Positions 1 to 11,000 of a stretch of 64,000 nucleotides of DNA are shown here, in pieces; the stretch's first letter is position 1, and each line of letters opens with the position of its first letter. Under the pieces are notes generated by a model. That model was not told the origin of the DNA. It did no database searches and was given only the letters and a program-made list of their open reading frames with translations. Both the position numbers and the translations under genes were made by a program. The DNA lies in the NCBI GenBank assembly GCA_009602725.1, contig WELB01000027.1:829121-893120 (forward strand). The letters are read 5' to 3'. Source of the stretch: Spirogloea muscicola (lineage: Eukaryota).

Positions 1-69
1 CCCGCCGCCCCCCCCGCCGCCGGCCGGCCGGCCCCCGCCCGCGGGCGGGGCAGCCGGGCCTGGGCCCCA

Positions 70-690
70 TTGTGCTTGTCTTTCTCAGCGCTTCCCCTGG
101 CCCCCATCTCGTCCTCTGTTTTGAGGAGTTCCGTCCTCCGCCACCCCGGCGCCCTCCCCTCCTCCGCAGGCCCTGCGGCGGCGCTCTGGCTTTCGTCAGG
201 GTGATAGCTTCCCGGCAGCTAGTCTGTCGGATCTGAGGCTCCTCACTCGTACTTATTGAGTGATCCATCCTCCCCCTGTTTTACCATTGCATCCTCAGGC
301 CCCTTTGTAGCTGCTCACCGCTCTTAGGCCCCTCTGAACCTTTGTGAATTCTTTTTGGGCTGGCTTTTCGCAGCCCTTGCCCCCATTGGGAGTGCCACTT
401 CTTCTGTTTTGGGTTGGCTTTGCCAGCCCCTCTCTAGTGTTGGAGCTCTTTGGATATTGTCCATTCTTTTTTGGCTGGCTTCTGCCAGCCCCTCTCTTCT
501 ATGGGCGAGCTCATCTTCTTCTCTATGGGCGAGCTCTTCCTCTGTTCATTCTTTTTTGGGCTCGCTTGTCCAGCCCCTATCCTTCGTACATTTGTCAATG
601 TGCTTGCCTTTGTACTTGGCCACAAGTGGCAACCCATCTCTTAATACACACGTTTCTTTATCCTTCACTGGGCGAGCTCTTCATAGCTCC
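70..690 (+). mobile_element. Mosaic of CRE-like non-LTR retrotransposon 3' ends (family B UTR piece, family C2 ORF end plus terminus, tandem terminal hairpins, family A UTR piece)
   Basis: ~185-259 translates as SGFRQGDSFPAASLSDLRLLTRTY*. GG[CT]TGGC..CAGCCC hairpin units recur at ~357, 411, 473 and 558. 586-655 matches the family A UTR at 30293-30362. Confidence 0.85.
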
Positions 691-999
691 GGGAAAGAAA
701 GACGAGACTGCGGTTGCTAGTATTACTACAAGAGCGGCTGTTTATACAACAGCTCTTCCAATCTTAAGGCAGGGGCTGTGAACAGCCAGCCAGGAAGAGG
801 AGAAGGCCACAGGGTCGAGAGGGGTCAAAAGCAAGCCAGGAAAGGCTCGTGGTGCGCATTTTCTGGATAGGCCAAAGATAGGCCAAAGCGAGCCTCGCAA
901 ACTCCTGGTAGCGGGGCAATAATCGCGGGGCTCCGGTACCGCCGAGCAGGAGAGCTCCACAACCAGCGGGGCCCGCCGCTGCGCTCCGCCGAGGCCGCC

Positions 1000-2957
1000 A
1001 TGGCGACCCCCCGCGGCCTCGTCGTCGCCGCCGCCCTGGCGGGTCTCCTTGCCGCCTGCGTAGTCGCGCCCACCGCCGCCACCCACTGCACCGTCAGGGG
1101 CAAGGCGCGCTCTCGCCACTCCGGGCACCCTCTCCTCGAGCGATAGGCGGCTTGTGTCCCATCGCCCACATTGTCTGTCGCGCCTGCCGCTGTGCGCAGC
1201 GACTTCACACCTGTGTAATCGATGCCCTGCCGTGTGCCATCGTTGCCGAGCCCCGGACCATGGCGGCTCAACACTCTCATTCACAGTACACTTGATCTCA
1301 CATTTGAGTCGCTGCTTCTCCCAAGAGCGGTGGAGCTAGCCCTGGTCAAGGTCGGCCGAGTTCGCCCGTGCAGGCTGGTCCTGCAGCACCGCTGAACGCG
1401 CTCTTTGGCTTCCTTCGGACTGCAGGTCGTCTGTTATGCGTGCTGGGACGGCCGGGTGAACGAGTACCACAGTGGCGCAGTAGGCACGACCTTGACGATC
1501 ACCTGTGACCTAGGCAAGGGCGCGCTCCCAGTCAGCTCCGTGAGCACCACAGTGAAGGCTGCAGACGGGTCCTTTGAGTTTGGCAGAGTGCCAACAGTTG
1601 CGAAGTACCCCAATTTTAAGGGCTGCACCCTGGAGATACCCCCTCAGTCCACCTTGTGCGGCACCATTGAGAGGAGTGTGTCATCCACACACGTGCTCAC
1701 GCCCAGCGGCAGCAAGGTGTTGCATTCTCGAGCCATTTACACAGTGCCAACGTTGCGTCTGAAGTCTGAAGCAATGGCAACACATTGCCATGGTGAGCAT
1801 GGTGTGCGGTGCGAGGAGTCGACAGTACCTGTTGGCTTCCAAGGCCGGAAGGATGGGGACTTCTGCATACTATCAGACGGTAACCTGCACATCAACAGCC
1901 ACCTCATCGGCAAGACAGGCGAGGACGGCAGTGACAACACCTGGGTGCAAGCTCTTGGTATCTTATTCGGTGATAAGCACCTCTACATCGGAGCACAACA
2001 GGTCGCTACATGGGATGCTAACGCTGATCACCTCCTCTTTGTGCTTGATGGCGAGGTGATGTCCTCTGCTCCATACCAATGACGACAGGCCCCAGTATTC
2101 AGCCCAGATGCTTGAAGACTGAAGGCCTTAGGGGGGGCCATGCTCACTGACTTCCTGCTTTCTGTTGATGCCATGCTCAGGTGCCACTGGCAGTCAGCAA
2201 TACTGTCGATGATTTTATCTACACCTCCAAGGATTCCAGGGTCACTGTGGCCCGGTGCAACAAGGCCAACACTGCCGAGATAGAGATTGAGAATCTGATG
2301 ACACTCATTGTGGAGGCGCGCCCCAGTCACCAGGACAGCTGGACTGTCGACAGCTGCTTCGTCCACTTGGACCTGCAAATCCACTTTGCCCAGCTGTCTG
2401 GTGAGCTGATAGAAGGTTCGATACACAAGGGAAATTGTGATTAGCATCAAGTCAGCTCTTCCTTCTTAAGTCACACCATAGACAGCAACTCGTAAGGAAT
2501 GACTCTTGGTCCACTCTGATGAATCTGCACGCATTGGGCAGGTTCTGCCATGGGCGTGCTTGGCCAGTCGTATCATCAGGCATGGATGCCTCCTAACAGG
2601 CCCAGAGGTGTTGTGCAATCGACATACACCCTTGACGACATTGCTAGCTACACCTCCTCGTCCCTATTTGCCACTGACTGCCCTGCCTCCAGGTTTGAGG
2701 GCCTGCCAGTAGAGGCCATCGAAGCCAGCGCCACAGCCCACAGGCTTGTCCTTCTTGCCGAGGACAACAATGCAGACAATGAAGAGAACTTTGCGACCTC
2801 CTGCTTAAGTGACAAACTCAATGGTGGACTCGAGTGCACCAGATGCCGGTTGACCACCCAAAGTCGTTCGTGGGGGAGCCGCAAACTGTCCACGTCATAC
2901 CCAGATTATGAAGTGGAGGCTGCTGACGGCATCCTTAATCCATGGCAAGAGCACTAG
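1000..2957 (+). CDS. Secreted protein with an N-terminal Pollen Ole e 1-like domain and a Root cap/LEA domain (~4 exons: 1000-1104, 1426-2055, 2181-2401, 2542-2957)
   Basis: Signal peptide MATPRGLVVAAALAGLLAACVVA. TVRGK|VVCYAC is Ole e 1-like. GRKDGDFCILSDGNLHINSHLIG, TWVQALGILF, CFVHLDLQIHF and GVLGQSY are root-cap family motifs. Splice phases are compatible. The 3' end is less certain. Confidence 0.8.
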
Positions 2958-3639
2958 CTGCTCATCTTGCCTTGTAAAGGAAAAATGACTTGATGTCCAC
3001 CTTTGAAGTTCGCAGCTTAGCTGGGCTGCTTCGTTCAGAATAACACAAGTGCCAACTGTACAGGCAATACGTCGGTCTGACGTAAAGCTCTCGACCGCAG
3101 ATGGATCGCCTTTGCAGCGTGCCAGCTTGGGAGTGCCTGCTAGCACCCCAGGTTGGCACGTTACAGAAAGCACTGCCAGCAACGGGTTGAGAGTAGCGTA
3201 ATATGATACCGCGTGGTTGTCATACTTATAGTTCACATGATTCTTCATTGTGTCTGAGTACAACAATTTCAAGTGTTCATTATTGCAAAGCAAACCCCAA
3301 TTTTTGGTCTGCCCAGACTATTGTCTGGGCAGACCACACCTAAGCTTATCTCGAATTGATCTTCTAGTTGCAATCAATGCCATCGGCTCTAGCAGATCGA
3401 GCGCTTGCGTATCAAAGCTTGAGGTGGGCTTGTAATGCTTTGACATGGCTTCTACGTGCTCGATTGCTCGGCTCACACTAGGATACTCTGGAGAGATGCG
3501 GCTGCTGATTTGAAAGAGCGGATACATGGAGTTGCACAAATGCCACCGCCAGCAGGGCCTCGGTAAGTCGATGCGCGAGTCCCGCGCTGGATTGGAGTCT
3601 GGTCGGAGCAGTGCTAGTGCAAGGCTGGTGTGATGCGTG

Positions 3640-4270
3640 TGTATGAAGAGATGGGGGGCCATGTGTGGCCAAGTACAAAGCTAAGCACATTGACAAATGT
3701 ACGTCACCTGCTGCTAAGCTGACCCGCTCAGTAACCACGAGTCAGCAAATAGAGGTCGCTATTGCTCGAATACCGGACGGCAGTCGACAAGCTCTTAAGC
3801 TACCAGCCAAGGCTCGACCAGCTTTCTGATGCAGCGCATGAGCTTGAGCTCGCTGCAGACAAGCTGACACTCGACGACGCAAGAATGACGAGTAGGCTGC
3901 CGGCATGCCCATCTGAGCTGGAAGCATATCCTCACGTCGAGCATATCCCAAACTTGCAATATTCTCCAGTAAGGTGTGGAAGCGAGGGCCGATGCAGCCG
4001 AAAGTGTCGATTGCCGGTAGGAGGTGATCGCTGCGGGGCTAGTCAGAGTAGTGTCGGAGCTTTCTCTGCTCAGCACCTCCCACTGCGGGCCAGCAATGTG
4101 CGTCGAAGCGGAACTCTTGTATGCCTCCGTCACCACCACATCAAGCAAGGCTCGTGGCCCTCCGCCAGGTTGTACACCCACAATGTCCAGGGTGCGACAG
4201 TGATGGCGTCCCTGGTGATGGGCATTATATTGCTTGATTCCACAATGGCTCGGTAGCCGGCGTTGCGCAT
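3640..4270 (-). mobile_element. CRE-like retrotransposon family A, degenerate 3' fragment
   Basis: Minus strand encodes RTLDIVGVQPGGGPRALLDVVVTEAY (endonuclease core) and RRVSACLQRAQAHALHQKAGRAL. The 3' UTR closely matches 63672-63790. Confidence 0.85.
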
Positions 4271-4329
4271 AATTGTCAGGCTCATTTTCCGGCGCCGAGT
4301 CTGCCAGGGGCGATGCCCGGTCTCAAAGC

Positions 4330-4692
4330 CGCCGGTTCGCTGGCCCAGGTATCCCGTATGCGCCTGGCGGTTTCGTTCCAATGCTCTCTAGCCTACGCCG
4401 TCCACACGCGAGCAGGCCGTGCTATGGCTGCTGCCCTCGGGCTCTCGGCGCAGTGCCTCTTTCCCTGCAGCGAGCTATCCTGATTTGATGTTACTCACTC
4501 GCGGGTACTGAGCTTCCCTCTGCATCGTCTTGTTGTTTTGTAGTGTGGTCCTTTTCCGGCACCTTTTTCTTTTGCCTTTGGGCATTGTCCATTCTTTTCT
4601 TTGGGCTGGCTTTGCCAGCTCCTCTTCTCTATGGGCGAGCAACTTCTTTTCCTGGGCTGGCCGATCTCAACCACCGCCCTCTACTGGAAGAG
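4330..4692 (+). mobile_element. CRE-like retrotransposon 3' fragment (family G) with terminal hairpins
   Basis: AGSLAQVSRMRLAVSFQCSLAYAVHTRAGRAMAAA...YPDLMLLTRGY*, followed by TTGTCCATTC..GGGCTGGCTTTGCCAGC and the CCCTCTACTGGAAGAG terminus. Confidence 0.8.
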
Positions 4693-4847
4693 TTCTAATG
4701 ATCATCCCCAGCCTTGCCACCGCGAAGCCGGGTCGGGGGCCTGCGCACGTCACGGCACGGTGGCGCGGGCGGGGCCGCCATAACCGGCCGAGCATCTGCG
4801 GCGCGGCCAGGCCGATTGGGGAGGTGGTGTGCGGGGCGGCAGGTCGG

Positions 4848-5310
4848 TGCTGACTGAGCGGGTCAGCTTAGCAGCAGGTGACGTATATTCGTCAATGTAC
4901 TTTGCTTTGTACTTGGCCACACATGGCCCTTCATCTCTTAATACACGCATTTTCCCGCTCCGCAGCCGGCCGCGCTGGCGAGAGAAAGACGCTTCCGGGG
5001 GGGGGATACTTTTCCGGCAACAAGTCTGTCAGACCTGAGGCTCCTCACTCGTGACTAGTGAGCGATCCATCCTCCCCCTGTTCTGACAGCATCTTCAGGC
5101 CCCTTTGTAGCTGCTAATCGCTTGTAGGCCCCTCCAAACCTATGTAAACTCTTTTTGGGCTGGCTTTTCGCAGCCCTTGCCCCCATTGCGAGTGCCACTT
5201 CTTCTTCCAGGAGATGGCGGTGGCTAGGAGAAGTGCTCGCTCACAAAGAAAAGGGGCTGGCTTTGCCAGCCTCTCTTCTCTGGAGAGGCCAGTCCAGAAA
5301 AAAGAATATT
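4848..5310 (+). mobile_element. Family A UTR, family C2 3' end and hairpin fragments
   Basis: 4853-4954 matches the family A UTR. 5020-5207 matches 219-405. Confidence 0.8.
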
Positions 5311-5595
5311 CAAAGTTCGAAGGGTGGGGCTGTGCTGTTGGCGCGAGTGGTGAGTGGTGAGAGGCGGCGCACTTCAGCGGGGCCAAGCTTGCACTTATTG
5401 GCCTGCTTGATCACACGTATAAGCCCAATCAGCCGCGACCGGGCACGCAGATGCAACGTGCAAGCCAGTGACTGCTGGAGCAATACTGACAGGCGCATGC
5501 TGAGAGAGAAGGCGCGCAGTGCGCATGCATTTGAAAGAGAGGTCAAATCTAGCCTTACAAATGTCCTGGTAACGGGGTTATGAGTTGGCTAAGGG

Positions 5596-6240
5596 GGGGG
5601 ACTAATATCCTCGAGTGAGCATGTACACATCTGACAAGGACCCCATTGAGGCGCGACAGCGCCGTCGCCAGCGCCACCGCCACTGCTGCTGCCCACGCTG
5701 CCAACGCCGCCGCCGAGGACGCCAGCGCCGCGCTTGCGTGGTGGAGAAGGTGGCTGTGAAGGCCAGCCCACGTAGAAGCGGAGGCAGCAGACAACGACGA
5801 GAGAGCTTTGAGTGGCTCCTTACTAGGGTTCTACCAATATCGCCACTTGCGTAGCTACGCAAGTGTGGTTCAGCACTTCGTTGGCCCCTTCGGGCCATGT
5901 CCGCTCCTTTTGCTTCTTGGGCTGGCCTCAGCACGGCCAACGGCCTCTTTGAGATGTCATGCGCACCGCGCGCCTTCTCCTTTGAGTATGGACGTTCTTT
6001 GACAGTTGGTCCATTAAGAAGAATGAACCAAGAAATAAGAAAGGCCAAGTGCGGCGGCAGGGCGGCGGGGGCAGCCGGGCCGGCGTCGGCGCGGCGCCCC
6101 GCCCCAGCCCAGCCCGCCGCCCGCGGCAGCCTGGGCTCGGGGCTCTCGCCACTTCTGAGCCAGCGCTTTTGGCCACTTCGAACCTTGTCGATTCCTCTCG
6201 GGCTGGCTTTCCGCCATCGACACTCACGGGGCGTTTGACG
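5596..6240. mobile_element. Degenerate CRE-like remnants around a GC-rich islet
   Basis: Minus-strand SLSDVYMLTRGY* ends at 5602. A family D-like terminus CATGCGCACCGCGCGCCTTCTC lies at ~5958. GGGCTGGC remnants at ~5918 and ~6200. Confidence 0.5.
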
Positions 6241-8036
6241 CTCGGTAGCTCGAGCGTGCTGCACCAGCTCTCGCGTAACACTATCTCTCACCGGTACCAC
6301 GGGGAGCAGGCGGAGTTCCATGCAGCAGGCTCGCTGCGTCGAACGACGCGGCGGGTGCAGCTACTGCAACGTGTGAGAGATCCACGTACTTTGACAGCTG
6401 CAGTGTCAACAAGCTGCATTGCATTGTCTCGCACTTGATGCAGCAGGGCAAGTAAACCCTCTGTGACATTGTGATTGCCAAAGACTGCTGTCATTTGTTT
6501 ATTGCCTTGTAGGCAAATTCCCCGGAAATCACCATTCACTATGGCCGTTAGCCTCGTGCCGGGCGGTACATCCTGCCCTGGCGCTAGTGCTTGGGTCATT
6601 CCATTCTCTTCCGTCCAGGCTCATTCCGTCCAGGCTCGTCCGGGTGGCCTCGCATGCTCCCGGACATGCTCGGCAGCATGCTCGGGCTCGGCCAAGCTCG
6701 AGGACATGGCGCCTGTCAAGACAGCTCGTGTGTTCCTCGTTAGGCACGCTCCCCACGGGGCGGAGCGTCCCTTGAGGCGACCCCCATGCACCCTGAAGGG
6801 AGGGTGGCACGGAGAAGCACCAAAGGTACAGAGTAGAGACCTGAAACGATTCCGGAAAGTCAGTGAAGCTCTGAGGGAGGCGCAGGGCAGCCCAGCTGCT
6901 GCCTGCGGCTGCAGACCGCTGCCGCGCGGCTCGTTGCCGGCTACCTGTGGAGACCGTGGCGACGTCCCGCTTGAGCAAGTCTGCGCCAAGTGTCCAGGAG
7001 GTGGAGCCGCTGCCTAGCGGCGGCGTCACAGAGCAAGACGGCCGCTGTGCTTGAGTGCGCCTCGTGGGCGGGTGGTCGTTTCTAGATTCTCTAAGCACTC
7101 TACTCAGCAAGGACGCATTCAGCCCCTACCAGCGTGCTGGGGGCCGACTTCTACATGGCGGGCGTCAGTGGCCAAGTACGACAACAAGCACAACCACAGG
7201 TGTGCATCACCTGCTGCTTAGCCGAAACGCTTAACAAGCCAAACGTGTTACTATGCAATGCTCGTTACCTCCATGAGGATCCACAGACTTGTTTCTTTTC
7301 TATACCGGACTTCTGCCTGATCAGACTGTTGCATAGGCAACCTGTAAATTGGTAGTAAAGTCACATCTAAGCACAGGCAGCGTGCCAGCATGAGGTCCCC
7401 AGCTTGCAGCTGCAGTACTCAGCTGAGCATGGTAGTATTTGCAAGAATGCTTGATCACCTGCTGACTGAGATTTTCCAACTTCTGAAATTGTTGTACCTG
7501 TCTGACTCAAAGCAATTGGACCGTTACTAGGGCTTGTCAGGCTCGGATTGGCCTTCCTTACATTTCATACACACTGCGCGCCTTTTTCTCTTCGAGTGTC
7601 TGACTTCAGCTGACCACCACTAAGGACGCTACCTCTGACCTCTTACTCAAGTGTAAGTTACTGCCAATTAGAAGCTCAGATTTCTTGAAAGGCAGATACT
7701 TGTCTTGCATTCAATATTCGTTAGCCTTGGCTCATGATTGCATGTGAAGCACGAAAAGTGAGAGTATATGTTGCGGCGAGCAATATATGCTCGTTGGCAT
7801 AGGCAGCCATGCGTCAGCCGCATAGTCCTGTATGGCCTCTACACCAAGGAAAATAGCGTGTGCAGGATGAAGGTCTGCAGCATTGTCAAGCAGTGCCCCA
7901 GGGCTATTGGTAGAAGTTTCATGCATTTTGACCAAGCAACATGTCGCTCTTCATGGTAGCTGGCATCTGCCGGTTCGACCTCAGCACCTGCTGGCACCTC
8001 AGCACCTGCTGGCACTTGCCCACTACTGAGGCACAA

Positions 8037-11000
8037 CTAGTCAGGAAGTCTGAGACCACCATCTTGGTAGCTGTTGGGAGACTGAGGCAAGGAGCTGAAT
8101 GCCTCACAAACGCCGTTTACACATCCACAACCGTAGCGATTGGACTCGCAAATCCCAAACTCGTACGAAAAATCACATGGATGATATCCCTCAACGACAC
8201 AGGGTGAGCAGTAATCCCCAGCTCTGCCTCCATAGGAGCAGTGACCTTGGCCGTCACAGGCTTTGCAACAAACACCAAGATGCATCTCCTGGCATTCGTA
8301 CATGCTGCCACAAGCTGAGCCTTTGGCAGGTAACCTCGCCCCACACAATAACCTTGACTGCGCCACAACAGATCACCATGGAAGGTCTCTAGTTGTCAGA
8401 GCCTAGGTAAAGGTCTCCTGTAGTCAGACAGGAGAAAACACTTCTCTGCTGCACTTGCTAGTACAAATGAAGTCTTGCATGACCAGTCTATGTGGGGAAC
8501 AACTGCATGTGGAAGCAGTGTGGCGCAGTCCGTGCTTGCCAACAACCCAATTTCACGACTCTGCATCTCCATCACACCTCTCTAGCAGCGTTCCTGATGC
8601 ACGTGAATAGTACTCGCCATAGCCGCACCAAGACTTATGAGAGCAGACAATCAGCACAGCTGTCGTTTCGGTAAAGAGCAGATTCGTGCGCGCCTGTTAG
8701 TGGACTGCTTAGAGAAAGAAGAACTTACTAGCAACCCAGTGAGAGACACTCATTGGTAATAGTGTCCGGCCCGTAGTAGTGTCCGTAGGGGTCATACACA
8801 GGTGGGGGCTCCGTATTATAATCATAGCCTGGATGGTTGGGGTCTGCAATTGGTGGGGCTCCACTATCAGACTGGTCGCAGAGAATATGGTCTGGTTTGT
8901 TCTTGACTGCTGTGAAAACTCCTGTCCTGCGAGATGATTACCAGAGTCGAGGATTTTCTCTAGGTTGAGCAGACAGACTGCCATTTCTTTTCAGCAAAGT
9001 CTTGAAATGTAAGGCTGACAAAAATTGGATCTCTTATTTGTCTGATGGTCAGACGTACGAAGTCTCTGCATCCAGTACTTTGCAATCTGACATTTTGTAC
9101 AAAGGCAGTGGAGGCGCTCTCACTAACTTGCAGACTTTCTCCATGCACTGGCTTGAGCACGAAGTGTTGTCTGGGCTGGTGAATACTTGAGTACCACAGA
9201 AGCCATTCCCACTGCAATGTGATACCACTTTCAAAAGCTAGCGTGAATTCCTGTCTTTGCCTGCGGGACCAGATTGCCTTTCTCATGTAGCATGAATTTA
9301 CTAACTCCTCAATGATAGGAGCAAGAAAGCAACTGACATGAAAGGAAGGGAGTGAAGCAGCACCTGCAATAGTTTGTCTTGCAGTCTGGCAGAGAGGTAG
9401 AGTTGCACAAGGTCTTGTTGTTTGCAAAGACAACAGTATAGCAGCCCCCAGTGCTGAGCGAAGGGAGACATTGTGATTACCAGTAAGCACTCTGCCAATC
9501 ACCTACTTACAAAGTAGCATAACAGAAGAAACAGACCACTCGACATTTATTCGAAACGTCACGGGTACAAAGTTGTAGAAGCACCTAGGGTCAGACCCAC
9601 ACAGCCCTGAGACCTACGCCATGTAATGGCAAAGGATGTGTGCTGGTGATGTACTAAGAAGTGTGTCAAACACTTCTTATCTACAAGCTCATGCCTGGTA
9701 GTAGCACTTCTGTTTACCTGTTGCAAGTAAGGTGGTAGCATTCAGAATTCCACTGAGGATTCAATGGGGGATTGTTCGGTGGGAAGCCATTCTTGCACGG
9801 TCTTCCAGGATGCGAAAAGGCTGTGCAAGTGCCATTCCTGCAGCCAACAGAAGTGAAGTTACATTGACAAGCACATCTCTTGATGGGCAGCTGCTATCTT
9901 CTTGAATGACGGTCATCTAAAGACTTGTACATATGGCTAGGCAAGTCACCCGCAGAGGACATAGCAAGGTACTGCAACAATAAATCAATGTTGCAGTGTG
10001 GATGAGATACTGAATTCGCAATGAAGGACCTGCAGAGATGATCTGAGCATTGGTCAAAAAATCCGAAACAGAGGGCACTATCATTTCTTTGCTGTATCAC
10101 GCAAGTTCCCCTCCTGCAGCAGACGGATGAACCAATTAATACATTTCATCCACTCCTATGTAGCGCAAGCTGACTCCACCTCAGCCAGTACTCAACAACT
10201 CAGGGAAACCACTAGTCCATTCTGCAAGCTTGCAGCCAAGCTTGACACGGTATCCTTCTTTCACGACATGCACAAGTGGATTGTAAAATGGATTACTTAA
10301 ACCTTGTGCTCAAGCATGGCAAGACTGCTAAGCACATAGCCACAAACATTTGTAGCTCATCACATCCGCGTGGTAAGTCAGCAAGTCTTCACAAGCCTGC
10401 TTGCATGACTGTGCTTCGAGTAGAAGGTAGTCAAGTACCCATCACAAGAAGGCCCCTGCTGGCAGAACCGAGGGTCATCACGCACAACGGGTGTATAATC
10501 TTGAGGGACTGTTGAGCAAGGACTTTGTGAAGGCTGGAAGACATGCACGCATCTCCCTCTCCTGCAGGTCATGCGCACTCAGATCTCAGTTGTTAATAAA
10601 AGAGCTTTTTGCAAAGGGCCTGCTTTGAGCTGATATGGTCTCGGTTGTGCTAGAATCTTATGCACACATCAAGCATATCTCAGATGCATTTGTAGTTTAA
10701 CCTTGAATAATTCCTCGCACACCTGCATACATCGTAAGCACAGTCATGGTCGTACTCTTCGTCATATATATTGGTGCATTCTGTGATACTTCCTTCTGTG
10801 GTGCACGAAGCTGCCAAGACACAAGAAAGGAAGGAGCTGCCGTGTCAATCAGATTACAGTGCCAGGAACTGTCTGTAGAGCTAGTGCACCTCTGGCTACA
10901 CCTGCCAAATGTGAATGCTGGACAGTTACCAGGTGGTGGAGGTGGGGATGGTGGAGGTGGCGGCGGCGGCGAAGGTGGTGGTGGCACAGGAACACCATAG

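Noticed and set aside
344..690. Repeated hairpins as a CRISPR array or rho-independent terminators
   Set aside because: The context is eukaryotic, the units are variable with no unique spacers, there are no cas genes, and the units match retroelement 3' UTRs.
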